Source: an uncultured Lachnospiraceae bacterium
Lineage (GTDB): Bacteria; Bacillota; Clostridia; Lachnospirales; Lachnospiraceae
DNA: 64,000 nt
Assembly (NCBI GenBank): GCA_947630295.1
Contig: CANRGZ010000002.1
Coordinates: forward strand, 3,224-67,223
Direction of reading: 5' to 3'
This document shows, piece after piece, positions 54,852 to 64,000 of the stretch. Position numbers and translations under genes: made by a program. Every line of letters begins with the position of its first letter. Within the stretch, counting starts at the first letter, position 1. The notes below the pieces were generated by a model that had not been told where the DNA came from, made no database searches, and saw nothing but the letters and a program-made list of their open reading frames with translations.

Positions 54852-56765
54852 TTATTTGTCAAGTTTGATGGCTGCCGCCGGATTCTCCACAAGGAACTGC
54901 AGGAATACATCCAGATTGGTATAGCCGCTGCCGGCATAGGGTTCATCGGTGTAAACCTTGTATCCGGCATCTTGGGCGTTATTTTTGTCAAGTTTCATAA
55001 AATCTTCCCAGGCATCGCTCATGCCGTCGTGATCGCTGTCAGTATAGGCCGGATAGGATGCCATCTTCGGATAGTTTTCCTCCATCCATGCAGCATAGTC
55101 TTTGCCGTTGTCAGTGGGGGGCTGCCCCTGAGACCAGCCGGCAGCTTCAAAAGGAGAATTGATGCATTTGCCGGTTTTGTTCCGGATCCCTTCGATCAGG
55201 CCGGTATCCAGCGTATCCCTTGAAAGAGAATGTCCGGCATAAAGCATCACATCTGTATACGCATCTTCTGCCGGCTGCACATGTGTCAGCATCGAATCGG
55301 CCAGTCGGTCTGTCCGCCAGAAACCGTCAGAATGGTCGTAATCGTAGTAGCGTTCGTGATCCGCAGTGCCGGTCTCCGGGTTTACATAATTGTAATAGGG
55401 GTTTTTGCCCGTTGCCTTGACATCATCTTCAAAAACAACCACATCTTTGATATCGCTGACCGCCTGGCCGTTCATCATATTGCCGGCAGCATGGAGCGAG
55501 TTTCCGAATACAGCTTCGGAGTAAATATAGCTGGCATCCGAATCCGGACCGGGGATATAATAGTTGTTTACAAAATCCGCGTTGATGACGCGAAGATTTT
55601 TTCCGGTCTCATCCAGCTGGGCGCATTTTCCGGAGGAGGTGCCGTCCCAGTTGTAGACCACGTTGTTGTAAAATTCAAAGGAAAATGTACATTTACCGCA
55701 GTTGCAGTCGTTGCCCAGCCCCGGCATACGGCTGCGGTGGCTGGCGTAAATATTGTGATGGAAGCTGTAACGGGAACCTTCCGCGCCGTAAATCAGAGAG
55801 GCCAGACCCAGTTCCTTGCCGATATTAGGGCTGCGGACCAGGCTTTCGGCTACGGTGCACCACTGTACCGAGATATCTGTCGGATATTTGTCATCTTTGT
55901 GGGTAACGGAAAAGGTTTCGTCAGTGCCCCATCCGGTGCTGCAGTGGTCGATGATAACATGACTGCCGGTGACAGTCATGGCATCCACACCGACACCCAT
56001 TTCACTGCCCGTATATTTTCCGGCGGCATTCAGGGTATCACCGGAACGGAACGTCATATAACGGATAATGACATTGTCGGCGTCTACCGTAAAGGAATTG
56101 GAGGCGATGCAGATACCGTCCCCCGGCGCCGTTTCACCTGCAATGGTGATATCGCCGTTGGTAATGCGGATGGGATGATCAATGGTGTTGATCACACCGC
56201 TGACCTTAAATACAACGATACGGCGGCCATACGCTTCGCAGGCTGCACTCAGGGAACCCGGGCCGCTGTCATTGAGATTGGTGACTTCATAGACTGTGCC
56301 GCCGCGGCCGCCGGTGGTATATTTGCCATAGCCGTCCGCACCATAGAAACCCAGCGCGGTTTCATTTAAAAAGGCGCTGTCTTTCTCATACATTTCGGGC
56401 AATTTGTATACCGGCGCTTCGGCGTTTTCTATGCCAAGCTTTGCGGGCGCCGTTTCAATTTTTGCGATATGCTTCAAAAGGACCAGCGCATCTCTGACGG
56501 AGACATCACCGTCGCCGTTGATATCACCGGCTGCCAAATTGAGCGGCTGTTTGGTGATGGTGCCGCTGGCCATCCGGATAATAGCCAATACATCGGCGGC
56601 AGTGATGGCGCCGTCGTTATCGGTGTCGCCGGTTTTGACTGTGGAAGAAAGTGTGCCCTGGGGTTCCGGATTGCTTTCACTGTCTGCAAAAACTGAGAAT
56701 GAAAAAGCAAGTGAAACTGCGATAGCAAGGCAGGACACACGTTGGAGCAACTGTTTTATCGTCAT
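54852..56765 (-). CDS. Secreted PL1-type pectate lyase with N-terminal dockerin
   Basis: It has a signal peptide (MTIKQLLQRVSCLAIAVSLAFSFSVFA). A dockerin-like duplicated Ca-binding segment follows (GDTDNDGAITAADVLAIIR, GDINGDGDVSVRDALVLLK). It also has the pectate-lyase core motif VIIDHCSTGWGTDETFS and a C-terminal TDSDHDGMSDAWE Ca-binding-type motif. Confidence 0.7.
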   Translation of the reverse strand: MTIKQLLQRVSCLAIAVSLAFSFSVFADSESNPEPQGTLSSTVKTGDTDNDGAITAADVLAIIRMASGTITKQPLNLAAGDINGDGDVSVRDALVLLKHIAKIETAPAKLGIENAEAPVYKLPEMYEKDSAFLNETALGFYGADGYGKYTTGGRGGTVYEVTNLNDSGPGSLSAACEAYGRRIVVFKVSGVINTIDHPIRITNGDITIAGETAPGDGICIASNSFTVDADNVIIRYMTFRSGDTLNAAGKYTGSEMGVGVDAMTVTGSHVIIDHCSTGWGTDETFSVTHKDDKYPTDISVQWCTVAESLVRSPNIGKELGLASLIYGAEGSRYSFHHNIYASHRSRMPGLGNDCNCGKCTFSFEFYNNVVYNWDGTSSGKCAQLDETGKNLRVINADFVNNYYIPGPDSDASYIYSEAVFGNSLHAAGNMMNGQAVSDIKDVVVFEDDVKATGKNPYYNYVNPETGTADHERYYDYDHSDGFWRTDRLADSMLTHVQPAEDAYTDVMLYAGHSLSRDTLDTGLIEGIRNKTGKCINSPFEAAGWSQGQPPTDNGKDYAAWMEENYPKMASYPAYTDSDHDGMSDAWEDFMKLDKNNAQDAGYKVYTDEPYAGSGYTNLDVFLQFLVENPAAAIKLDK

Positions 56766-57017
56766 CTGGAATCCTCCTTTTTTAGATGAAGTCAGATCAA
56801 TTTATACATAAAATAAGGTTAAATCATAACGGGGGAAAAAGCAAGAAAAAACAGAGGAAACCATCTAAATTAGGCAGTATGTCTAAAAAAAAGTAGCAAA
56901 TAAGCGATTGCAAACAAAAGAAAAATGCTTTAGAATAAAAGGGCTATAGTTAAAAGTGTGTGTAGTGATATGCAAAATTGCTTATTGATCTGCATAGGAT
57001 AAAAAAGAAAAGGAGAG

Positions 57018-59768
57018 ATGAATATGAGAGTGAAAAAGGCAGTATCCTTATTGCTTTCATTGGTGTTGTGCGCTGGCCTTCTGCCGCAGCTGCCCGGTCA
57101 GTATACGGGTTCGATCCAGGCAGAAGCAGCAGCTTCCATGACAAAGAGCATCGGTGTGGATATCAACGATGCACAGGACAACAGAGAAACGGTCCGTTCA
57201 ATGACTTTCAATGACTGGAGCCTGGAGAAAGACGGCGGCCCGGCGCAGACTTATACGGTTGACGGCATTACCTTTACATTGAAGGGAAGCAACAGTACCG
57301 GCGAAGAGATCAATGTTTACGGACAGGCAAACCGTAATCTGGTCCGCGGCACGGACAATACGCCGGCTCTGACCCTGGATGGCGCGAGACTGCAAGGTGT
57401 GTTCCGCGACGGCATTATGACGTTGGAAATCAGCGGCCTGGAAGCAGGTACGCATTCCATCACCACATGGCACAACTTTTTCTACACCGGAAGCATCAGC
57501 AACACGGAGATGAACGTTTCCGTCAATGGCGAAGTTGTAGCAGAAAAAGTAAAAGTAGTTAAAAATAACGACAAAGACAAAGATTATTCCGATATGGAAG
57601 CGACGATCCAGTATCACACTTTCGACGTCAAAGAAGGCGAGACGGTGTCCATCAGCTTTGCCTCAGAAAAGGGCTCGCCGGTGCTTTGCGCGTTTGAACT
57701 GGACGGCGTAGATCCCGTACATTCGATCCTCAGTTCCGCACCGATGGACGGAGAGATGCATTTTGATCCGGCAGCAGGCCTTTCCTGGACGCCGGCAGCC
57801 GATTCTCCTGACCACGGCGCGGTAAAACAGCATCGTCTGTTCCTCGGTACAGATTATCTCTCTGTATTGGAAGCCAAAGATGATAATCCGGAGTTCAGAG
57901 GACGCCTGGACGTTTCGCAGACGACATACAGCCTGGAAGGAGACAAATCCGGAATTGATGATATCACAAAATCTCCCCATATGAAGACCTGGTACTGGAG
58001 AGTGGATGAGATTTACGATGACGGCGAGATCGTCAACGGCAAGGTTATGTCCTTTGAAGTTGTCCGCAAGGCATTCCCTTCAGCGGAAGGCTACGGACGC
58101 TATGCAAAAGCGGGCCGCGGCGGCCGTGTCGTGGAAGTCACTACCCTGGAAGATTACGATGATACGGTACAAACGGATGAAGACGGCAATCAGATAGGAA
58201 CGCCGGACGAGCCGATTCCGGGTTCTCTGCGGTACGCGCTGGAGAAGGAAAAGGGCGCCCGTGTTGTTATATTCAAAGTCGGCGGCGTCATTGAACTGAA
58301 GAAACAGCTGGTTATTCCCAATGACGGCGGCAATGTATATGTAGCCGGACAGACGGCGCCGGGCGACGGTATCACCCTGACGCATTTTGATTTCGGCGCC
58401 ATGGGTTCATCGGATGTTGTCATCCGTGATATCCGTGTACGTGTAGGCGACTTCAGCGGCGTATCTACCGGCGGTATGGGTATTGCAGGCTGTGATTACA
58501 CCATCGTTGACCACTGCTCGATTTCCTGGGCAACCGATGAAGGCTTCAGCTCCAGAAATGCGAAGAATGTTACCTTCCAGTGGAATATCATCGGTGAGAC
58601 CCTGAATAATTCCGTACACTATGATGCGGATGACAGAAGCAAGACAGAACGGCATTCCTTTGGCGCTTCCATCGGCGGCGACAAAGGAAGTTATCATCAC
58701 AACCTGCTGATCAACAATACCGGCCGTAACTGGTCCATGGCCGGCGGCGTTGCTGCGGACAACAAGTCCTATGGCGGCAACATCGATATCCGCAATAACG
58801 TTGTTTACAACTATCGTGACAGAACCACCGACGGCGGTGCAAGGCGTGTCAACTTTGTAAACAACTACTATAAGATGGGACCCTTAAGTCAGGAAATGAC
58901 CATCTTTACCATTGACGGTAACGAACTGGGTATCAATGACAATCAGGCGGCTTACCTGGAAGGCAATAAGTATGTCAGCAATTTAGACGATGTACTTCTG
59001 GATCCCGAAACAGACGATCCCTGGGAGTGGGCTGACGCCGGCATAAAGATTGGGGGAAATGTTACAACAAAAGAAGACTGCATGAGTAAAACTCCTTTCT
59101 TTGAGTCCTATGTTGAAACGGATACGGCGGATGCAGCATATACCAAGGTCATTGATGCAGCCAACGGCGCAGGCGCAAACCGCCCGGCTTACGATTACAT
59201 TGACAGCAGATATATCACAGAAGTAACCGAGAATAAGCAGACGTACACAGGATCCAAGGATAAACTGCTGGGCTTTGTGGACAGTCAGACGGATGCGGAA
59301 GGATACCCTACCAATGAAACATTCAAAGGCGGCGAAGCACCGAAGGATTCCGATAAGGACGGCTGCCCGGATGCATGGGAAACCGCACATGGCCTGAATC
59401 CGAATGATTGGATGGACGGCAGCAGCATCAGTCTTTCTGATGAGGGATATACCAATCTGGAACTTTATCTGAATGAACTGGCAGGCGATAAGGTGGTTTA
59501 TTCCGAAAATCCGAAGGTAAAATGGAGACCGGATCCTGCCAACAAACCGGCAGAAGACAGAGGTACCGGATTCGTGGATGACATCGAAGGCGCCACAGCT
59601 TCAGATGCTTTGGCAGTTTTGAGATTTGCTGCGAAACTGGATACACCGACGGCAGAACAGGAAGCTGCAGGCGACACAGATCTTGATGGCCAGCTTACAG
59701 CACAGGATGCTTTGTATATTCTGCAGTATGCGGCGAAGCTGATTCCTTCCCTTCCCGTAACAAAATAA
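57018..59768 (+). CDS. Secreted multidomain PL1-type pectate lyase with C-terminal dockerin
   Basis: It has a signal peptide and N-terminal beta-sandwich-like modules of about 330 aa. The catalytic core has TIVDHCSISWATDEGFS. A DSDKDGCPDAWE motif is present, and the C-terminal dockerin-like repeats are ATASDALAVLRFAAKL and GDTDLDGQLTAQDALYILQYAAKL. Confidence 0.7.
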   Translation: MNMRVKKAVSLLLSLVLCAGLLPQLPGQYTGSIQAEAAASMTKSIGVDINDAQDNRETVRSMTFNDWSLEKDGGPAQTYTVDGITFTLKGSNSTGEEINVYGQANRNLVRGTDNTPALTLDGARLQGVFRDGIMTLEISGLEAGTHSITTWHNFFYTGSISNTEMNVSVNGEVVAEKVKVVKNNDKDKDYSDMEATIQYHTFDVKEGETVSISFASEKGSPVLCAFELDGVDPVHSILSSAPMDGEMHFDPAAGLSWTPAADSPDHGAVKQHRLFLGTDYLSVLEAKDDNPEFRGRLDVSQTTYSLEGDKSGIDDITKSPHMKTWYWRVDEIYDDGEIVNGKVMSFEVVRKAFPSAEGYGRYAKAGRGGRVVEVTTLEDYDDTVQTDEDGNQIGTPDEPIPGSLRYALEKEKGARVVIFKVGGVIELKKQLVIPNDGGNVYVAGQTAPGDGITLTHFDFGAMGSSDVVIRDIRVRVGDFSGVSTGGMGIAGCDYTIVDHCSISWATDEGFSSRNAKNVTFQWNIIGETLNNSVHYDADDRSKTERHSFGASIGGDKGSYHHNLLINNTGRNWSMAGGVAADNKSYGGNIDIRNNVVYNYRDRTTDGGARRVNFVNNYYKMGPLSQEMTIFTIDGNELGINDNQAAYLEGNKYVSNLDDVLLDPETDDPWEWADAGIKIGGNVTTKEDCMSKTPFFESYVETDTADAAYTKVIDAANGAGANRPAYDYIDSRYITEVTENKQTYTGSKDKLLGFVDSQTDAEGYPTNETFKGGEAPKDSDKDGCPDAWETAHGLNPNDWMDGSSISLSDEGYTNLELYLNELAGDKVVYSENPKVKWRPDPANKPAEDRGTGFVDDIEGATASDALAVLRFAAKLDTPTAEQEAAGDTDLDGQLTAQDALYILQYAAKLIPSLPVTK

Positions 59769-59835
59769 AAATTTGCATGTTGTCTGTCCAAACAGGCAAA
59801 TTGCATAAATATTCCATAAATATTCATTAAATTTG

Positions 59836-59866
59836 CCGGCCCGTTTCCACGGGCCGGTATTTTATT
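59836..59866 (+). terminator. Rho-independent terminator after the plus-strand pectate lyase gene
   Basis: Stem CCGGCCCG (59836-59843) / CGGGCCGG (59850-59857) with a 6-nt loop, followed by TATTTTATT. Confidence 0.7.
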
Positions 59867-59893
59867 GACAGAAAATACAGAAAAGTGTATAAT
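59865..59893 (+). promoter_or_regulatory. Consensus sigma-A promoter of the ABC transporter operon
   Basis: TTGACA (59865-59870), a 17-nt spacer, then TATAAT (59888-59893). Confidence 0.65.
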
Positions 59894-59943
59894 ATTTTAT
59901 TATTTTATAACATGCGGGATTTATTGCCTTGCAGGAAGGAGAA

Positions 59944-60861
59944 ATGACAGTGGGTAGATATGTCATCAAGCGTATATTGCTTGCGATTCTTTCCATCGTG
60001 ATCATATGCGCCATCACGTTTTTTACAATGCACGCGGTTCCCGGCGGTCCTTTTAACAAAGAGAAAGCCTTGAGTGAAGCCACCATCCAGGCGCTGAACC
60101 AAAGGTACAATCTGGATAAGGGCGTTGGGACGCAGTTTTTGCTCTGGATGAAGGGGCTGGTAACGGGGGATCTGGGCGTTTCCCTGAAAAACGGCCGGGA
60201 GATCACCTCTATTATCGGCGAGTCCTTTCCGATTTCCGCAAGGCTTGGTCTGACAGCGGTTGCATTTGCACTGGTATTGGGAACGATCCTGGGGAGTATT
60301 GCCGCGCTGATGCGTAACAAGCTGCCGGACCGGATCATCGTATTTCTCTCAACCTTGTTTACGGCGGTGCCGAGCTTTGTACTGGCCACCCTGCTGCTGC
60401 TGGTGTTCTGTATCAAGCTGGGGTGGATCCCGGTATGGAGCGCATCCTCCCATAATTATTTGCTGCCGGTCATCGCGCTGGCGGCGTACCCCATGGCCTA
60501 TACCACCAGACTGGCAAAGACCAGTATGCTGGATGCGCTGAGCCAGGATTACATCCGGACGGCAAGGTCCAAGGGCGTGTCCCGCTGGAAACTGATCTTC
60601 AAACATGCCCTGCGGAACTCTCTGATCCCGGTCATTACATATGCGGGCCCCGAGATCGCTTATATCATTACGGGTTCCATGGTTGTGGAAACGGTATTTA
60701 CCATCGGCGGCATCGGCAGCAAGTTTGTAAGCGCCATCAGCAACCGGGATTATACCCTGATTATGGCCACCACGGTCTTTCTGGCCTTCCTGATGGTGGT
60801 GGCAAATCTGATCTGCGATCTGCTGTACAAGCTGGTAGATCCCAGAATCAAATATGAGTGA
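59944..60861 (+). CDS. Peptide/nickel-type ABC transporter permease (OppB/DppB-like)
   Basis: Start at ATG 59944, preceded by GGAAGGAG. N-terminus YVIKRILLAILSIVIICAITFF is followed by 6 TM segments and the EAA-like motif YIRTARSKGVS. Confidence 0.85.
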   Translation: MTVGRYVIKRILLAILSIVIICAITFFTMHAVPGGPFNKEKALSEATIQALNQRYNLDKGVGTQFLLWMKGLVTGDLGVSLKNGREITSIIGESFPISARLGLTAVAFALVLGTILGSIAALMRNKLPDRIIVFLSTLFTAVPSFVLATLLLLVFCIKLGWIPVWSASSHNYLLPVIALAAYPMAYTTRLAKTSMLDALSQDYIRTARSKGVSRWKLIFKHALRNSLIPVITYAGPEIAYIITGSMVVETVFTIGGIGSKFVSAISNRDYTLIMATTVFLAFLMVVANLICDLLYKLVDPRIKYE

Positions 60862-60875
60862 CGGAGGATAAGAAC

Positions 60876-61949
60876 ATGGAAAAAAATACGAATCAGCTTC
60901 CAAAAAAGAGTATCCTCAGCGCCCAGATCGATCTGTCAAAGTTCTCACCGGCGACGGAGGACGAAAAGAAGCAGCAGGATGTCATGAGCGAAAGCACCAC
61001 CTTTTTTAAGGACGGTATGCGCAAGCTGTTTAAAAACCCGCTGGCGGTTTTGAGTATTGTGCTGCTCTGCATCATTTTACTGACCATTATCGTGGCGCCC
61101 ATGGTGGTGCCTTACGGATATTCGGAAATGCTCAGCATTGAAGGAAAGCGTGACAAAACGGCCAAAAACCTGCCGCCTTTTACCTACAGTGAAAACGAGC
61201 AGGAATATATCGCGCAGGGAAACAAGCGGTTCCCCCATATTTTCGGAACGGACGATCTGTGCCGTGACTATTTCATCCGTGTGATCTACGGAACGCGGAT
61301 TTCCCTGCTGGTGGGCTTTTTCGCCAGTATCATCGTATTGATCATCGGCCTGCTGTACGGAAGTATTTCCGGCTATCTGGGCGGAAAGGTGGATCTGATC
61401 ATGATGCGGATCGTGGATATCATATATTCCCTGCCGGACATGCTGATCATCATCCTGCTTTCCGTGGTGCTCAATGAAGCGCTGAAATTCCCCACGGGCA
61501 CCATTTTCGCCCAGCTGGGTACCAATATGATTTCCATCTTTATTGTGTTCGGCCTGCTGTACTGGGTCAGCATGGCGCGCCTGATCCGCGGCCAGATCCT
61601 TTCCATTAAGGAAAATGAATATATTCTGGCGGCGAAGTCCATCGGCGCGAAGCCGTCCCGCATCATCCGGAAGCACATCATTCCCAACTGCCTGTCGGTC
61701 ATCATTATTTCGACGGCGCTGCAGATTCCTTCCGCCATCTTTACGGAGAGCTATTTAAGCTTTGTGGGCCTGGGCGTCAAGGTGCCAATGCCGTCTTTGG
61801 GCTCTCTGGCCAATGCGGCAAGAGAAGGACTGCAGAGTTACCCGTATAAACTGGTATTTCCCGCGATTATGATCTGTCTGATCGTTCTGAGCCTGAACCT
61901 GCTGGGCGACGGCTTGAGAGACGCGTTTGACCCTAAACTGAAGAGGTGA
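60876..61949 (+). CDS. Peptide/nickel-type ABC transporter permease (OppC/DppC-like)
   Basis: Start at ATG 60876, preceded by GGAGG. It contains the motif YILAAKSIGAKPSRIIRKHIIPN. Confidence 0.85.
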   Translation: MEKNTNQLPKKSILSAQIDLSKFSPATEDEKKQQDVMSESTTFFKDGMRKLFKNPLAVLSIVLLCIILLTIIVAPMVVPYGYSEMLSIEGKRDKTAKNLPPFTYSENEQEYIAQGNKRFPHIFGTDDLCRDYFIRVIYGTRISLLVGFFASIIVLIIGLLYGSISGYLGGKVDLIMMRIVDIIYSLPDMLIIILLSVVLNEALKFPTGTIFAQLGTNMISIFIVFGLLYWVSMARLIRGQILSIKENEYILAAKSIGAKPSRIIRKHIIPNCLSVIIISTALQIPSAIFTESYLSFVGLGVKVPMPSLGSLANAAREGLQSYPYKLVFPAIMICLIVLSLNLLGDGLRDAFDPKLKR

Positions 61950-61954
61950 TCGAG

Positions 61955-62959
61955 ATGAGTGAATATCTTCTGAGCGTGCAGGATCTGCACACATCGTTTT
62001 TTACAGATTCCGGAGAAGTACAGGCGGTCAACGGCGTGTCCTTCAACTTAAATCCCGGAGAAATTCTTGGCATCGTCGGCGAATCCGGTTCCGGCAAAAG
62101 CGTAACGGCCTATTCCATTATGCAGATTCTGGCCGACACCGGCAGAGTCGTCAGCGGACGCGTATTGTATAAGGGGCAGGATCTGGCGCAGTGGAGCGAA
62201 AAACAGATGCGCGGTTTCCGGGGAAAATCCTGTTCCATCATTTTCCAGGATCCCATGACCAGTCTGAATCCGGTGTTTACCATCGGCAATCAGATCGGCG
62301 AGGCCATCCGGCTGCATACCGACAAGAAAGGGCCGGAAGTTAAGGCCCGGGCCATAGAGCTGCTGGAACTGGTGGGCATCAATGAACCGGAGAAAAGAAT
62401 CAAACAATACCCCTATGAGCTTTCCGGCGGCATGCGGCAGCGTGTGATGATCGCCATGGCGCTGGCCTGTGAGCCGGATATCCTGATTGCCGACGAGCCC
62501 ACCACGGCGCTGGACGTAACCATTCAGGCCCAGATCCTGGAGCTGATGCAGGATCTGCAGCACAAGCTGGGTATGGCAGTCATTATGGTGACCCATGATC
62601 TGGGGGTTATCGCGGATATGTGCGACAATATCATTGTCATGTACGGCGGCCGCATCTGTGAACGCGGCACCGCAAGTGAAATATTCTACAATCCCCGGCA
62701 TGAGTACACCAAGGGGCTGCTGCGTTCCATTCCGAATGTCAATAATATGAAGAAACGGCTGGAGCCTATTGAAGGAACCCCCATCAATATGCTCAATCTG
62801 CCGAAGGGTTGCGCTTTTTGTACCCGCTGCAATGCGGCAATGAAGATCTGCCTGACGGAGCGGCCGGAGGAAATCACCATCAATGAAAATCACAAAGCGT
62901 CCTGCTGGGTCAACGTCCGGGATCAGCTGATGCAAAAAGGAGGACAGGAAAATGAGTGA
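61955..62959 (+). CDS. Peptide-type ABC transporter ATP-binding protein (OppD-like)
   Basis: Walker A GESGSGKS, signature LSGGMRQR and Walker [12 protein letters not shown]. The C-terminal oligopeptide-type extension contains CAFCTRC. Confidence 0.88.
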   Translation: MSEYLLSVQDLHTSFFTDSGEVQAVNGVSFNLNPGEILGIVGESGSGKSVTAYSIMQILADTGRVVSGRVLYKGQDLAQWSEKQMRGFRGKSCSIIFQDPMTSLNPVFTIGNQIGEAIRLHTDKKGPEVKARAIELLELVGINEPEKRIKQYPYELSGGMRQRVMIAMALACEPDILIADEPTTALDVTIQAQILELMQDLQHKLGMAVIMVTHDLGVIADMCDNIIVMYGGRICERGTASEIFYNPRHEYTKGLLRSIPNVNNMKKRLEPIEGTPINMLNLPKGCAFCTRCNAAMKICLTERPEEITINENHKASCWVNVRDQLMQKGGQENE

Positions 62960-63911
62960 ACATCTGCTTGAGGTCAAGAACTTAAAAGAATATTTTTCTG
63001 TCCGCAACGGCGTAGGAAAAACCCTTCCGCTCAAAGCGGTGGACGACGTGTCCTTTACCATTGAAAAAGGCGAAACCTTAGGTCTGGTAGGCGAGTCCGG
63101 CTGCGGCAAAACTACGGTGGGACGGACGATCCTGCGGCTGTACAAACCCACGGGGGGTCAGGTGCTGTTCAAGGGAGAAGAGGTCAACGACAAAAACATC
63201 GGCCATATGCGAAAGAAAATGCAGATGGTATTTCAGGATCCCTATTCCTCATTGGATCCCCGGATGACGGTGGAGGATATCATCGGGGAGCCGCTGGATG
63301 TGCACAAGCTCTATGCAAATCGGAAGGAACGCCGGGACAAGATTCTGGAGCTGATGTCCTTTGTAGGCCTGAACGCGGAGCACGCCACCCGGTATGCCCA
63401 TGAATTTTCCGGCGGACAGAGACAGCGTATCGGCATTGCCCGGGCGCTGGCGGTGAATCCTGAGTTTATTGTCTGCGACGAACCGGTTTCCGCCCTGGAC
63501 GTGTCCATTCAGGCGCAGGTCATCAATATGTTTGAGGAACTGCAGGAAAAACTGGGCGTGGCCTATCTGTTTATCGCCCATGACCTTCTGGTGGTACATC
63601 ATATTTCCAAACGGATCGCGGTCATGTATCTGGGTAAGATCGTAGAGATCGCGGATGCGGACGAGCTGAACGAACAGCCGATCCATCCCTATACCCAGTC
63701 GCTGCTGTCGGCGGTGCCGATTCCCGATCCGGACGTTACCCGCAGCCGGAAACGGATCGTGCTGGAGGGCGACGTGCCCAGCCCGCTGAATATGCCAAGC
63801 GGATGTCCGTTCCGGACCCGCTGCCGCTACGCCACCGAGCAGTGCGCCAAGGAAATGCCCACGCTGACAGACCGCGGAAACGGCCATCAGGTGGCCTGCT
63901 GGAATAAATAA
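62952..63911 (+). CDS. Peptide-type ABC transporter ATP-binding protein (OppF-like)
   Basis: Walker [10 protein letters not shown], signature FSGGQRQR and Walker [12 protein letters not shown]. The C-terminus contains GCPFRTRC. Confidence 0.88.
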   Translation: MSEHLLEVKNLKEYFSVRNGVGKTLPLKAVDDVSFTIEKGETLGLVGESGCGKTTVGRTILRLYKPTGGQVLFKGEEVNDKNIGHMRKKMQMVFQDPYSSLDPRMTVEDIIGEPLDVHKLYANRKERRDKILELMSFVGLNAEHATRYAHEFSGGQRQRIGIARALAVNPEFIVCDEPVSALDVSIQAQVINMFEELQEKLGVAYLFIAHDLLVVHHISKRIAVMYLGKIVEIADADELNEQPIHPYTQSLLSAVPIPDPDVTRSRKRIVLEGDVPSPLNMPSGCPFRTRCRYATEQCAKEMPTLTDRGNGHQVACWNK

Positions 63912-64000
63912 TCGGAAATGGATTGCAATTTTTTCCTTTCCATAGTATAATGAAACGAAATTTCGGACAGGCATTGCTTTCTGAAATTTTATAAAAAAAA

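Noticed and set aside
62048-63151. 367-aa ORF antisense to the ABC ATPase genes (likewise 63249-63974, 55230-56369, 5523-6683, 8980-9996)
   Set aside because: They are antisense to genes with unambiguous family motifs. Their composition is typical of non-coding reverse frames.

Overview
This 64-kb window is the replication-origin region of a Clostridia-class (Bacillota), probably spore-forming, chromosome. The origin core is complete. gyrA-gyrB-recF-yaaA-dnaN-dnaA lie on the minus strand and diverge from rpmH-rnpA-yidD-yidC-jag-mnmE-mnmG-rsmG on the plus strand. DnaA-box clusters sit on both sides of dnaA (bipartite oriC), and parS-parA-parB-DUF4446-serS lie further right. Flanking genes include DAHP synthase, trmB, murG, purB-purA, a HydABC-type [FeFe] hydrogenase, a HIT protein, a MATE pump and a peptide-type ABC importer. 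There are three tRNAs (Ser-GCT, Lys-CTT, Pro-CGG) and two divergent dockerin-bearing PL1-type pectate lyases. The most notable accessory content is a tightly packed TerB / P-loop ATPase / DEVH-helicase operon (22.5-27.6 kb, minus strand) with its own consensus promoter. Its architecture matches the Shango anti-phage system. It sits next to a J-domain / DUF5685-like / zinc-ribbon trio in the rsmG-parAB interval, where Firmicutes often carry noc. Other items worth a second look:
- a membrane-anchored SbcC-like ATPase with an SbcD-like nuclease;
- a DUF3800 gene beside tRNA-Ser;
- an orphan promoter-to-terminator unit that may encode a small RNA;
- a tyrosine-recombinase-like gene with degenerate catalytic residues;
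- a non-canonical H-cluster L1 motif in HydA;
- an AT-rich compositional trough centred on oriC.
I saw no CRISPR array, IS element, rRNA or prophage. All family names come from motifs read by eye and from recall; no database search or computation was run.
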